A stretch of DNA of 64,000 nt from Eledone cirrhosa. Lineage: Eukaryota. Made by a program: the position numbers and the translations under genes. The stretch lies in contig OZ024766.1 of NCBI GenBank assembly GCA_964016885.1, positions 16,244,001-16,308,000 of the forward strand, written 5' to 3'. Positions 51,591 through 64,000 of the stretch are shown one piece after another; within the stretch, counting starts at the first letter, position 1; each line of letters begins with the position of its first letter. The notes beneath the pieces are model-generated. The model was not told the origin of the DNA. It worked only from the letters and a program-made list of their open reading frames with translations, and did no database searches.

Positions 51591-54500
51591 GATGTTCTTT
51601 AGATGCTTCTTGTTATTTGCTGCACTCTTCCACCAAATCACCTGAGATCCCCAAATGACATTGGTCCTCGAACAATAAGCAGAAGTGGCTGTAAATAAAA
51701 ACTCTCTCTGTTGTTGGGGTGGTCATTGTAAACATGCCCAATAGCATCACTTTCCTTGACTTCATCACCTTCCTCTAAATGACCCTGCTTCCTTTGATTC
51801 CAAGTCTTACAATTGGTCCAGGTGTAGTATTTTGGGATGTCAGCATATAGGAGGGATCGAACAAATTCTTTATTCTGGCAGTGTTTCAAAAAAGCAGTTA
51901 GAGTAGTGTCAGGTGGTGCTGGTGTCAACTGATGAGCAGTGGTTTCAGTGAAGTACACACTCTGTCCATTTTCTATATGTATAGAGATAAGGATGAAAAG
52001 CAAAGTTAATCTCTCAGAGGTTAGCTTTGCCTTTCATCCCTACGGGGTCTGTAAAATAAAGTACCAGTAATGTCCTTGGGTATTGCTGGCCTTGTGCCTA
52101 ATGTAGAAACAATTATTACAGGGTCGATAAAATTAAGTACCAGTAATATACTAGGGTAATTGCTGGCCTTGTGCCAAAAGTAGAAACAATTATCACATTT
52201 CTTTATAATAAATCACATCACTATAGAATTAAATACGACTGGAAATGTGTGTGAAAGTACAAATTATGTCAGGGACTTTTCACGTTTGACACCGAACGAG
52301 AGTCGAAACATTCGCTAAGACACCGAGTACCTGCTGTCTTCGTTATAACTTTAATTAATCTAATTATATCTTGTGTAACAATTATATATATATACACACA
52401 CAATTTTAATTCCCCGACATCAGTCTTACACTGTCATATATATTCTTACTTTACAATTGTGTCTACTAAGAGTTCCATTACAATCTGTAGTAGTAAAACT
52501 ACTATTTCACCAGAACATCTGCTATCAGTCATTTATAGACAATATATATATTTTAGACCACATATCAACCTAACATATATATATTTCCTATCTAATCTGT
52601 AGCTAAAGACATAAAGTCAGCCTCACTACTTCATTCTGACAAGATATCAATTTATGACTAAAGATGAAGAAGATACACCAACGTTAATGTCGTGAAATAA
52701 AGCTGATAACATTGAAACTTCTAATTTGATAACAAAGAGATTATTTCTTTGGTTGTTTAGTAACAAGTAACAACACAACACATTGATTATATGTGAAGGA
52801 GGTAAGTTGACAAAGATTTACTTAATGTCTATATTAATGTGTGTAAATAATATAATTATATGACCCCTACAACGATTCAGTAATTAACTAGATTCCACTG
52901 TTACATGTGATATAAAATATATTGTTATCATGACTGTCTTTATTATTTAATTATCTTGTTCACTACCTTACATTATAAAATATAGTTTATATTTAGCTGT
53001 ACCTTGTTGTTGCTTTAAGTAAGCTAAAGATATCTTTATTATTTAAATTACCTCCGTCTATTTAATTATCTTGTTCACTACCTTACATTATAAAATATAG
53101 TTTATATTTAGCTGTACCTTCTCATTGCTTTAAGTAAGTTAAAGATATTTTTATTATCTAAATTACCTCCGTCTATTTAATTATGTGGTTCACTACCTTA
53201 CATTATAAAATATAGTTTATATTTAGCTGTACCTTGTTATTGCTTTAAGTAAATTAAAGATATCTTTATTATTTAAATTACCTCCGTCTATTTAATTATC
53301 TTTTTCACTACCTTACATTATAAAATATAGTTTATATTTAGCTGTACCTTGTTATTGATTTAAGTAAATTAAAGATATCTTTATTATTTAAATTACCTCC
53401 GTCTATTTATTTATCTTGTTCACTACCTTACGTTATAAAATATAGTTTATATTTAGCTGTACCTTGTCATTGCTTTAAGTAAATTAAAGATATATTTATT
53501 ACTTAAATTACCTCCGTCTATTTAATTATCTTGTTCACTACCTTACATTATAAAATATAGTTTATATTTAGCTGTACCTTGTTATTGCTTTAAGTAAATT
53601 AAAGATATATTTATTATTTAAATTACCTCCGTCTATTTAATTATGTGGTTCACTACCTTACATTATAAAATATATTTTATATTCAGCGATTCCTTTAAGC
53701 AAATTAATATTTTGTCTATTTTAGTCTAAATCTCTTACAATTTAATTAACTTCATCTACTTATGGTTGAACATTACTTTATTGTGGGTTTCATTTCATTA
53801 TAATTATGTCTGAGTTAGCCAGCCAAGTAGGGGTTTAGTATCTGTATTTCAGGGAACTGCTTTGATGGTGAAGGGACATCTGTTGGTGTGGGATCTCGGT
53901 GGCTGTACATAATAAGGTTCTAATACTCTAAAGAGCTAGCCGAATAACCGTCTGATACATGTCTTGTATACAGGATCATAAAGCCATGTATAGAAGAGCA
54001 GTCAGCAATGTCAGGATTAACATTCATTATAGTGAAGTGGCAGTATCGGTAGAGAGTCGGACACCATGCTTTGAGGCACAGAGTTACGTCCCTTTATGAT
54101 CTGAGTTCAAATCCCGCCGAGGTTAACTTTGCCTTACATCCATACGGGTTCTATAAAATAAAGTATCAGTAATGTACTGGGTAATTGCTGGCCTTGTGTT
54201 TAAAATAGAAACAATTATAGTGAAGAATTTGGAGTGTAGTCTGGTGTCCACCAGGGCTCTCTTCTTAGCCCTCACTTAGTTATTATCGTCCTGCAACCTA
54301 TAACAGAGATGTTTAAGACTGGCTGCCCATGGGAACTCCTGTATGCTCAGCAGGTCCTGAAGAATGCGGTCATGTGCATTTTCCAGTTCTATAAAACGAT
54401 AATATATACCTCTTAGCAATACTCCCACGATTTCTCAAAGACCTGCCACAGTTTGAATATTTGGTGGGTTATGTTGCACCCAGGGAGAAAACAGCACTGT

Positions 54501-55430
54501 CCATCAGCTAGCTTGGACTCGCTACATGACTTTGCCAGAAACTTTGCATATACTTTACCAGGGAGTCTTAACAAGGTGATCCCTCTCTATTTGGGACAAT
54601 CTCTCGTGTGTCCCTTTTTATAAATTGGGATTATCACTCCCGATTGCCTTGCTTGAGTGCCATTTCAGAGACCCAGGCCATCTGACACACATGAGTCGGT
54701 CACATTTGAGCTCTTTAATTGCTCTTGTGACCTCAGCCTCCGAGAGATTAGTCACCGCTATCAGATTCACCTCATGTACATCCGAAGATGCTGTTGTGAT
54801 CGGGTTTGTGAGATCAGCAAAGTATTCTCTCCACCTCATGAGGATCCATCTCTCTGAAGAGAAAAGAACCCCAGATACACTCATGGTTGCAGGTGTGGAG
54901 AAAGATTTCTTGTAACTAATTAAAAACTAAAATAATTTGATTTTTCAATAAAAAGTTTCCAGGGTTTATAGATGTAAAATTTCCACTGTTAAATCTATCT
55001 CTGCTTCTTAAGTATTCTCTATTATTCATACTGTTTCTTTTTCATTTCAGAATATCAGATGACATTGGGATAAATTATTATTTTCAATCTTGGATACATC
55101 ACCTCTATTTATCATCATTTGAAGATTAAAACTTTTTAAACAGAACTTATATAACACTGTTTATATAAATCTATCAGAATTACTGTGATATATTTCCTCA
55201 GAACTGAGTTGAAAGACATAATTCCTTTTCTTCACTGTGTGGTATATATATGAAAGATATATTTTGTATTTTAACTCAACTTCAATGACAAAGAAGTTTG
55301 CATCATCTTCAGGTATTAACTGAGATCATAATTGAGGAAAATATAACGGAAGAAATATTTTTTAGGAATATAATATAAAAAATATTAAAGAATAAAATCT
55401 GTAAATTCTGCTAAGGGAAGAAGAATTAGT

Positions 55431-57452
55431 ATGGAAAATAAATTGAGTGAAAAGATTAAATGTGAAACAATGTCTAAAGATATGGCTATTACAGAAGAGA
55501 TGTCAAAGGATAGAGGAGAGAAGTCATATCACTGTGATGTGTGTGGTAAATCATTCTCTCGAAGTAGTAGATTAACTAGCCACAAACGTACACATACAGG
55601 AGACAAGCCTTATCACTGTGATATCTGTGGTAAATCATTCTCTTTTAGTAGTAATTTAACTTCTCACATACGTACTCATACAGGAGACAAGCCTTATAAC
55701 TGTGATATCTGTGGTAAATCATTCTTTAATAATATTAGTTTAACTAGACACGAACGTACCCATTCAGGAGAGAAGCCATATCACTGTGGTAAATCATTCT
55801 TTGTTAATAGTAATTTAACTAGACACAAAAGTATACATACAGGAGAGAAGCCATATCACTGTGATATCTGTGGTAAATCATTCTCTCGAAGAAGTTACTT
55901 CACTAGCCACAAACGTACCCATACAGGAGACAAGCCATATCACTGTGATATCTGTGGTAAATCATTCTCTGATAGTAGTACCTTAACTGGCCACAAACGT
56001 ATACATACAGGAGACAAGCCATATCACTGTGATATCTGTGGTAATTCATTCTATAATAGTAGTACCTTAACTGGCCACAAACGTACACATACAGGAGACA
56101 AGCCATATCACTGTGATATCTGTGGTAAATCATTCTCTTTTAGTAGTAATTTAACTTCTCACATACGTACTCATACAGGAGACAAGCCTTATCACTGTGA
56201 TATCTGTGGTAAATCATTCTTTGTTAATAGTAATTTAACTAGACACAAAATTATACATACAGGAAAGAAGCCATATCACTGTGATATCTGTGGTAAATCA
56301 TTCTCTCGAAGAAGTTACTTAACTGGCCACAAACGGACACATACAGGAGAGAAGCCATATCACTGTGATATCTGTGGTAAATCATTCTCTGATAGTAGTA
56401 CCTTAACTGGCCACAAACGTATACATACAGGAGAGAAGCCATATAACTGTGATATCTGTTGTAAATCTTTCTTTAATAATATTAGTTTAACTAGACACGA
56501 ACATACCCATTCAGGAGAGAAGCCATATCACTGTGATATCTGTGGTAAATCATTCTTTGTTAATAGTAATTTAACTAGACACAAAAGTATACATACAAGA
56601 GAGAAGCCATATCACTGTGATATCTGTGGTAAATCATTCTCTGAAAGTGGTACCTTAACTAGCCACAAACGTATCCATACAGGAGAGAAGCCATACCACT
56701 GTGATATCTGTGGTAAATCATTCTCTCAAAGTAGTACCTTAACTAGACACAAACGTATACATACAGGAGAGAAGCCATATAACTGTGATGTCTGTGGTAA
56801 ATCTTTTTCTGAAAGTGGTACCTTAACTAGACACAAACGTATACATACAGTAGAGAAGTCGTATCACTGTGATATCTGTGGTAAATCATTCTTTGTTAAT
56901 AGTAATTTAATAAGACACAAACGTAAACATACAGGAGACAAGCCATATCACTGTGATATCTGTGGTAAATCATTCTTTGTTAATAGTAAATTAACTAGAC
57001 ACAAACGTATACATAAAGTAGACAAGCCATACCACTGTGATATCTGTGGTAAATCATTCTCTGAAAGTGGTACCTTAACTAGACACAAACGTACACATAC
57101 AGGAGACAAGCCATATCGCTGTGATATCTGTGGTAAATCATTCTCTGTTAGTGGTAGCTTAACTAACCACAGACGTATACATACAAGAGAGAAGCCATAT
57201 CACTGTGATACCTGTGGTAAATCATTCTCTCAAAGTCCTGGCTTAACTAGCCACAAACGTACTCATACAGGAGAGAAGCCATATCACTGTGATATCTGTG
57301 GTAAATCATTCTCTGAAAGTGGTAACTTAACTAGCCACAAACGTATACATGCAGGAGAGAAGCCATATCACTGTGATATCTGTGGTAAATCATTCTCTCA
57401 ATTTAGTAGTTTAACTAGACACAAATATACCCATACAGGTAAAAAACCATAA
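55431..57452 (+). CDS. C2H2 zinc-finger protein, 23 fingers (finger 4 has a 9-bp deletion removing a Cys)
   Basis: 673-aa ORF of tandem C2H2 repeats. Confidence 0.95.
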   Translation: MENKLSEKIKCETMSKDMAITEEMSKDRGEKSYHCDVCGKSFSRSSRLTSHKRTHTGDKPYHCDICGKSFSFSSNLTSHIRTHTGDKPYNCDICGKSFFNNISLTRHERTHSGEKPYHCGKSFFVNSNLTRHKSIHTGEKPYHCDICGKSFSRRSYFTSHKRTHTGDKPYHCDICGKSFSDSSTLTGHKRIHTGDKPYHCDICGNSFYNSSTLTGHKRTHTGDKPYHCDICGKSFSFSSNLTSHIRTHTGDKPYHCDICGKSFFVNSNLTRHKIIHTGKKPYHCDICGKSFSRRSYLTGHKRTHTGEKPYHCDICGKSFSDSSTLTGHKRIHTGEKPYNCDICCKSFFNNISLTRHEHTHSGEKPYHCDICGKSFFVNSNLTRHKSIHTREKPYHCDICGKSFSESGTLTSHKRIHTGEKPYHCDICGKSFSQSSTLTRHKRIHTGEKPYNCDVCGKSFSESGTLTRHKRIHTVEKSYHCDICGKSFFVNSNLIRHKRKHTGDKPYHCDICGKSFFVNSKLTRHKRIHKVDKPYHCDICGKSFSESGTLTRHKRTHTGDKPYRCDICGKSFSVSGSLTNHRRIHTREKPYHCDTCGKSFSQSPGLTSHKRTHTGEKPYHCDICGKSFSESGNLTSHKRIHAGEKPYHCDICGKSFSQFSSLTRHKYTHTGKKP

Positions 57453-58525
57453 TAAAGTCATATCTCATTGTTTCAAAATTGTAAATTAATTAGACACAAA
57501 TACATTCATATGAGTGAGAAGCCATACCACTGTGATATTGTGGAGAAATTATTCTCTTGTATTGCTACATTAACTACATACAAACATAAATATATACTGG
57601 AGAAAAGCCATATTACTGTGATATCTCTGGAAATTGTTATCTATAAAAGATAGCTTAACTAGACACAAACATATACATACTGGAGAGAAACCATATCACT
57701 GATATCTGTGGGAAATCATTCTCTGAAATAAGTCACTTCACTCAGCATTAACATTTACAGAAAAGGAACCATATCACTGTGATATCTGTAGTAAATCATT
57801 CTCTAAATATTGTGGCTTCACTATACACTAACATATACAGGAGAGGAACCATATCACTGATATCTGCAGTAAATCATTCTCTAAATGTTGAGGCTTCCCT
57901 ACACACTAACATATACAGGAGAGGAACCATATCACTGTGATGTCTGTGGTAAATCATTTTCTAAATGTTGTGGTACCAACATAAGGTTACTTAATGTAAC
58001 ACAAACACAATCAGACAAGATAAAAACTATGTCACTCAGCCAAAAGAGTGCCACCAATGTTGTTAATGTTTTGAATAAAACTTGTTTGTTCTGAAATTAT
58101 TCTCCTTTCATTTTATTTGTAGAAGTTGTAACCAAGACTTATGCTGACAAATCTGTATGGTACAGAATTTACAAACACTATATATATATATATGTGCCAA
58201 AAATTCTATGATCTCGGTTTACAGCTGATGAAGGGTTTCTTCTCTCCTTTCATCCATATTACCATCTTAAACTTTGTTTACAGTAACCACACAACTCCTT
58301 TCGTTTCTTATAATTTGATATATATATATAACAAAGGAGGTGTGGTAAAGAACCAGATGGACCATATACGCACCAGAGTACTCAATACTTACGGTAGTAG
58401 AGCGGGTAATAGGAAAATGTTTAACCCCGACGGCAGAGCTCAATCCGTTTCGACGGCTATTTCTGGAAACAGTCCAGAAATAACCGTCGAAATAGCTTGA
58501 GCTCTGCGTCGGAGTTAAACATTTT

Positions 58526-58561
<36 letters not shown>

Positions 58562-59498
58562 CGTGTATATGTCAGTGTGTAGAAATTTCTGTCCATGAAA
58601 ATGATTATCTTTATTTGTGTATATGTATGTGTATGTTTATGTGTTCTTATATACATGTGTGCACATCTTGATATATTTTCAGTGTCTGTTCTAGTTCTCA
58701 GAGTACAAATCCCACTGAGGTAAAGTTGCTTCGTTATTTTGAGGTCAATAAATGAAATACCAGTGTAATACTGGGGTGATTAATTCCTCTTCTTTGTCGT
58801 TGTCTGTTTGTCTACTCTTCTCTTTCTCTGTATTTATATATATATATATCCAAAATTAAGATAAATTAAAATAAAATTAATCTATATCAAATTATGGGTG
58901 TCATGCCAGAAAGACATGAGCCATATCACCCGTAAAATAAGCTCCATGGAGCTTATTTTACGGGTGATATGGCGCATGTCTTTCTGGCATGACACCCATA
59001 ATTTGATATAGATTAATTTTATTTTAATTTATCTTAATTTTTGATATATATAAATACGGCCTCTTAATTGTAGAGATAACTCTGTTGAAAGGACCTGACT
59101 GCTGTTTCTAGTTGTCAATAACCCTATTCACGCCACTGGGACGAAGCTGGTATGATGTGTGTATTTTTAGTAGATACAGCACGTGTTACTGGTCAGTCGC
59201 TGATTTGAACTTGATGCGTAAACACAGATGGTTGGACTTCTTCCTGGTTGAGAATCCAAGATCTGGCTACTGTCGTTTACCAATCGATTAATTGGTGAAA
59301 TATATTTCTTTAATGGAATATATACAAGGAAGATTAATCATTTTCTAACGTATCTATTTTTGAAGTTCTAGTTAAACTTTATTTAGTTACCTACCTAGCT
59401 ATGTGTGCTTACACACTTTTACAAATTATCCCCTGTGATTGTTTCATATGTTTATTTATATTTCAATCAATTTCTAGTTGATATATATATATATATAT

Positions 59499-59784
59499 CA
59501 GTTCAATTCTCAGACCGGGTGATGTGTTGTTTCCTTGAGCAAGACACTTTATTTCACATTGCTCCAGTTTACTCAGCTGTAGAAATGAAATGATAGGGAC
59601 TGGGGTCCCTATCATTCCACTTTAAAGTGGTCGTGGAGGTGCCACGGCAAAAAAGCACCCAGCACTCACTGTAAATGAGGTTGGTGTTAGGAAGGGCATC
59701 CAGCTGTAGAATTCAAGCCAGAATCAGTTCCCGTCTCACCCTTGCAAGCAGGGAAAAGTGGACGTAAAATGAAATGATGATGAT
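59499..59784 (+). mobile_element. 5'-truncated CORE-like SINE with an RTE-derived 3' tail
   Basis: Box B-like gttcaattc, then CORE-like ccttgagcaagacactt...ccagtttactcagctgtagaaatg, then gtggtcgtggaggtgccacggcaaaaaagcacccagc...gaagggcatccagctgtagaa shared with the LINE 3'UTR (10618-10770), and a (TGA)n end. Flanked by (TA)n. Confidence 0.78.
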
Positions 59785-59854
59785 ATGTATATATATATAC
59801 ACGTGGAAAAGTAAGATATAGCAGAATAGACCGTTAAAAGATGTTTATTTAAAA

Positions 59855-59900
59855 TAGCACCTATGTACATTTCACCTGGATGGGCTTCTCAAGGGTATAA
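59855..59900 (-). ncRNA. Minimal hammerhead-ribozyme-like motif (Penelope-type), probably degenerate
   Basis: The minus strand reads auaccc UUGAGAA gcc-caucca-ggu GAA AU-GUAC-AU A ggug, followed by AATAAA. Weaker copies lie at ~10945-10990 and ~20497-20542. Confidence 0.4.
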
Positions 59901-61137
59901 ATAACTAAAAAGTGTTCTTTACATGGCCCAGAATGTGTTTTTAGAGATAAGTTCACGTCAGAGTTCATTCTTCGCAAAAAAGCGTGTTTTGATGTTGCAG
60001 TAGGTCAAGGGAGGTAACTCTAGCTGGTGTTAGGGCAGTCTTTCCCGGAAAATTTTTTTATCTGTTAAAAGATATGGTTACAACCCTACCATTGTCGATA
60101 CGCACAGGGTCAGGTATGCAACGTTTGTTTGCTGCACCTGCCCGCCTGGGTCATATGAAGCCATGTCTGGGATGCATGGTTAGTTTCCGGATCTTTTTTG
60201 CAGCGCCTGCTATATATATATATATATATGAGCGAGACACGGTCACCCGAACTAACTTGCTTCTAAATACGACAAACCCGTCCAACCCATGCTAGCATGG
60301 AAGATAGACATTAATCAATGATGATGATATCTAGGGATTGTAACATTATTACCACAACAGAAGTCTGACAAGCTTTTAATTCCAGAGTCAGGCTAGATCA
60401 ATACAGATCAAACCTTGAGCTGATCGATAGCAAAACGTGCATCACTGCTCAATAAATGTAATGAAGACATGACAAATTGTCCTCTCGCTCTCTCTCTATA
60501 TATAGAGAAAAGGTGAAGTTGGAAATAGCACGGAAAATATATGTTAGGGCCTGTTTTTCTGTTACATATCTTTTGATTCGCTAAAGTGACCCTATTGAAA
60601 AAATCATCATTCATCATCATTTCATTTCACGTCCGCTTTTTCCCTGATTGCAAGGGTAGTACGGGAACTGATTGTGGCTTGATTTCTAAAGATGGATGCC
60701 CTTCCTAACGCCAACCTCATTTACAGTGAGTGCTGGGTGTTGTCATGTTGAATGTTTTTCAAGATGTTGTGGTAGGCATATTTCTGGTCATCCACCAGTC
60801 AAGGTTAATTTTCATCCACAAACTTACGCAACACTTCAATATCATGGTTTGTCTCCTGAAAAACTGATCGTATTACCTCAATTTCTTCTGGCTCTGGCAT
60901 CCTGCATTGCTATTCATTACTGGAATTCAATGGGACAGGTTGCACAGAGGTTGATTGTAAATCCTGGAGGTAGATTCCACATATATATTGCGATAACGTC
61001 TTTGGGCTAGGTGTAGATAGTCGTCTGACATATTGTTTTTGGGCTAGGTGTAGATAGTCGTCTGACATATTGTTTTTGTACTCCTGCCAGGGTAGATGAG
61101 ATGTATTCCACATGCTGTGGGTATAGTAGCAGACAAC

Positions 61138-62775
61138 TGTCTTAGTTAACTGGCTACTCCAGTGACTGCTCCTTCTAGTACCCTCTCCCAATATCAGTTG
61201 TCATACAGAAGTCCATGGCTGTCTTATTTAACTGGCTACTCCAGTGACTGCTCCCTCTAGTCCCTTCTTCCAATGTCAGTTGTCATACAGGAGTCCATGG
61301 CTGTCTTATTTAACTAGCTACTCCAGTGACTGCTACTTCTAGTCCCTTCTTCCAATGTCAGTTGTCATACAGGAGTCCATGGTTGTCTTATTTAACTGGC
61401 TACTCCAGTGACTGCTCCTTCTAGTCTCTTCTTCCAATGTCAGTTGTCATACAGGAGTCCATGGCTGTCTTATTTTACTGGCTACTCCAGTGACTGCTCC
61501 TTCTAGTCTCTTCTTCCAATGTCAGTGGTCATACAGGTGTCCATGGCTGTCTTATTTAACTAGATACTCCAGTGACTGCTCCTTCTAGTCCCTTCTTCCA
61601 ATGTCAGTTGTCATACAGGAGTCCATAGCTGTCTTATTTAACTGGCTACTCCAGTGACTACTCCTTCTAGTCCCTTTTTCCAATGTCAGTTGTCATACAG
61701 GTGTCCATGGCTGTCTTATTTAACTGGCTACTGCAGTGACTGCTCCTTCTAGTCTCTTCTTCCAATGTCAGTTGACATACAAGTGTGTCCATGGCTGTAT
61801 TATTTAACTGACTGCTCCTGTGACTGCTCCCTCTAGTCCCTTCTTCCAATGTCAGTTGTCATACAAGTGTCCATGGCTGTCTTATTTAACTGACCACTCC
61901 AGTGACTGCTCCCTCTAGTCCCTTCTTCCAATGTTAGTTGTCATACAGGTGTCACTGGCTCTCTTATTTAACTGGCTACTCCGGTGACTGCTCCTTCTAG
62001 TCCCTTCTTCCAATGTCAGTTGTCATACAGGTGTCCATGTCTGTCTTATTTAACTGGCTACTCCAGTGACTGTTCCTTCTAGTCCCTTCTTCCAATGTCA
62101 GTTGTCATATAGGTGTCCATGGCTGTCTTATTTAACTGGCTACTCCAGTGACTGCTCCTTCTAGTCCCTTCTTCCAATGTCAGTTCTCATACAGGAGTCC
62201 ATGGCTGTCTTATTTAACTGGCCACTCCAGTGACTGCTCCTTCTAGTCCCTTCTTCCAATGTCAGTTGTCATACAGGTGTCCATGGCTGTCTTATTTAAC
62301 TGGCTACTCCAGTGACTAATACTTCTAGTCCCTTCTTCCAATGTCAGTTGTCATACAGGAGTCCATGGCTGTCTTATTTAACTGGCTACTCCAGTGACTG
62401 CTCCTTCTAGTCCCTTCTTCCAATCTCAGTTGTCATATAGAAGTTCATGGCTGTCTTATTTAACTGGCTACTCCTGTGACTGCTCCCTCTAGTCCCTTCT
62501 TCCGATGTCAGTTGTCATACAGGTGTCCATGGCTGTCTTATTTAACTGGCCACTCCAGTGACTGCTCCTTCTAGTCTCTTCTTCCAATGTCAGTTGTCAT
62601 ACAGGCGTCCATGGCTGTCTTATTTAACTGGCTACTGCAGTGACTGCTCCTTCTAGTCTCTTCTTCCAATGTCAGTTGTCATACAGGAGTCCATAGCTGT
62701 CTTATTTAACTGGCTACTCCAGTGACTGCCCCTTCTTGTCTCTTCTTCCAATGTCGATTGCCATGCAGGAGTTGA
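61138..62775. repeat. 82-bp minisatellite, ~20 copies
   Basis: Same unit. Confidence 0.95.
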
Positions 62776-63453
62776 TGTTCTTTAGATGCTTCTCGGTATG
62801 TGCTGCACTCTTCCACCAAATCACCTGAGATCCTCAATTGACGTTGGTCCTTGAACAATATGCAGAAGTGGCTGTAAATAAAAACTCTCTCTGTTGTTGG
62901 GGTGGTCATTGTAAACATGCCCAATAGCATCACTTGCCTTGACTTCATCACCTTGCACTAAATGACCCTGCTTCCTTTGATTCCAAGTCTTACAATTGGT
63001 CCAGGTGTAGTATTTTGGGATGTCAGCATATAGGAGGGATCGAACAAATTCTTTAGTCTGGCAGTGTTTCAAAAAAGCAGTTAGAGTAGTGTCAGGTGGT
63101 GCTGGTGTCAACTGATGAGCAGTGGTTTCAGGGAAGTACACACTCTGTCCATTTTCTATATGTATAGAGATAAGGATGAAAAGCAAAGTTAATCCCTCAG
63201 AGGTTAGCTTTGCCTTTCATCCCTACGGGTTTGATAAAATAAAGTACCAGTAATGTACTGGGGTATTGCTGGCCTTGTGCCTAATGTAGAAACAATTATT
63301 ACGTGGTCGATAAAATAAAGTACCAGTAATTCACTGCCGTATTTACTGGCCTTGTGCCTAAAGTAGAAACAATTATTACGGGGTCGATAAAATAAAGTAC
63401 CAGTAATACACTAGGGTAATTGCTGGCCTTGTGCCAAAAGTAGAAACAATTAT

Positions 63454-64000
63454 CACATTTCTTTTTAATAAATCACATCACTATAGAATTAAATACGACT
63501 GGAAATGTGTGTGAAGGTACTAAATTATGTCAGGGACTTGTCACGTTTGACACCGTACGAGAGTTGAAACATTCGCTAAGACACCGAGTACCTGCTGTCT
63601 TCGTTATAACTTTAATTAATCTAATTATATCTTGTGTAACAATTATATATATATACACACACACAATTTTAATTCCCCGACATCAGTCTTACACTGTCAT
63701 ATCTATTCTTACTTTACAATTGTGTCTACTAAGAATTCCATTACAATCTAGTAAAACTACTATTTCACCAGAACATCTGCTATCAGTCATTTATAGACAA
63801 TATATATATTTTAGACCACATATCAACCTAATATATATATTTCCTATCAAATCTGTAGCTAAAGACATAAAGTCAGCCTCACTACTTCATTCTGACAAGA
63901 TATCAATTTATGACTAAAGATGAAGAAGATACACCAACGTTAATGTCGTGAAATAAAGCTGATAACATTGAAACTTCTAATTTGATAACAAAGAGATTAT
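63454..64000 (+). promoter_or_regulatory. Upstream region / exon 1 of a seventh cassette, cut by the window end
   Basis: Same sequence as 13398-13954, including the invariant block. It predicts another ZNF ORF roughly 2-3 kb beyond the window. Confidence 0.7.

Overview
AT-rich eukaryotic (animal) genomic DNA. The [10 protein letters not shown]-type C2H2 finger family, (TA)n tracts and Meta/CORE-type SINEs point to an octopus/coleoid cephalopod, which is my inference and not a database result. The window is a head-to-tail array of a recently duplicated ~9-11 kb cassette: six ZNF genes plus the start of a seventh. Each cassette has, in order: an invariant ~170-bp promoter/exon-1 block; an intron holding a 115-bp AT-rich VNTR plus SINE and RTE fragments; a single coding exon for a poly-C2H2 protein with a ~33-aa leader and no effector domain; a tail of decayed fingers; two long palindromes; a hammerhead-like motif; a Helitron RepHel fragment whose coding sequence has expanded into an 82-bp minisatellite (4-42 copies); and a 77-bp SINE-derived VNTR. 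The flanks are nearly identical between cassettes. The finger arrays, however, differ in number (11, 21, 18, 10, 14, 23) and in order, and are built from a shared pool of recognition helices. Cassette-specific insertions are an intact RTE-clade LINE with a PHD-like finger inside its RT, a 5'-truncated inverted copy of the same LINE, a CR1 3' end, and a CORE-like SINE with an RTE-derived tail. Coordinates of non-coding features were read by eye and may be off by a few bases.
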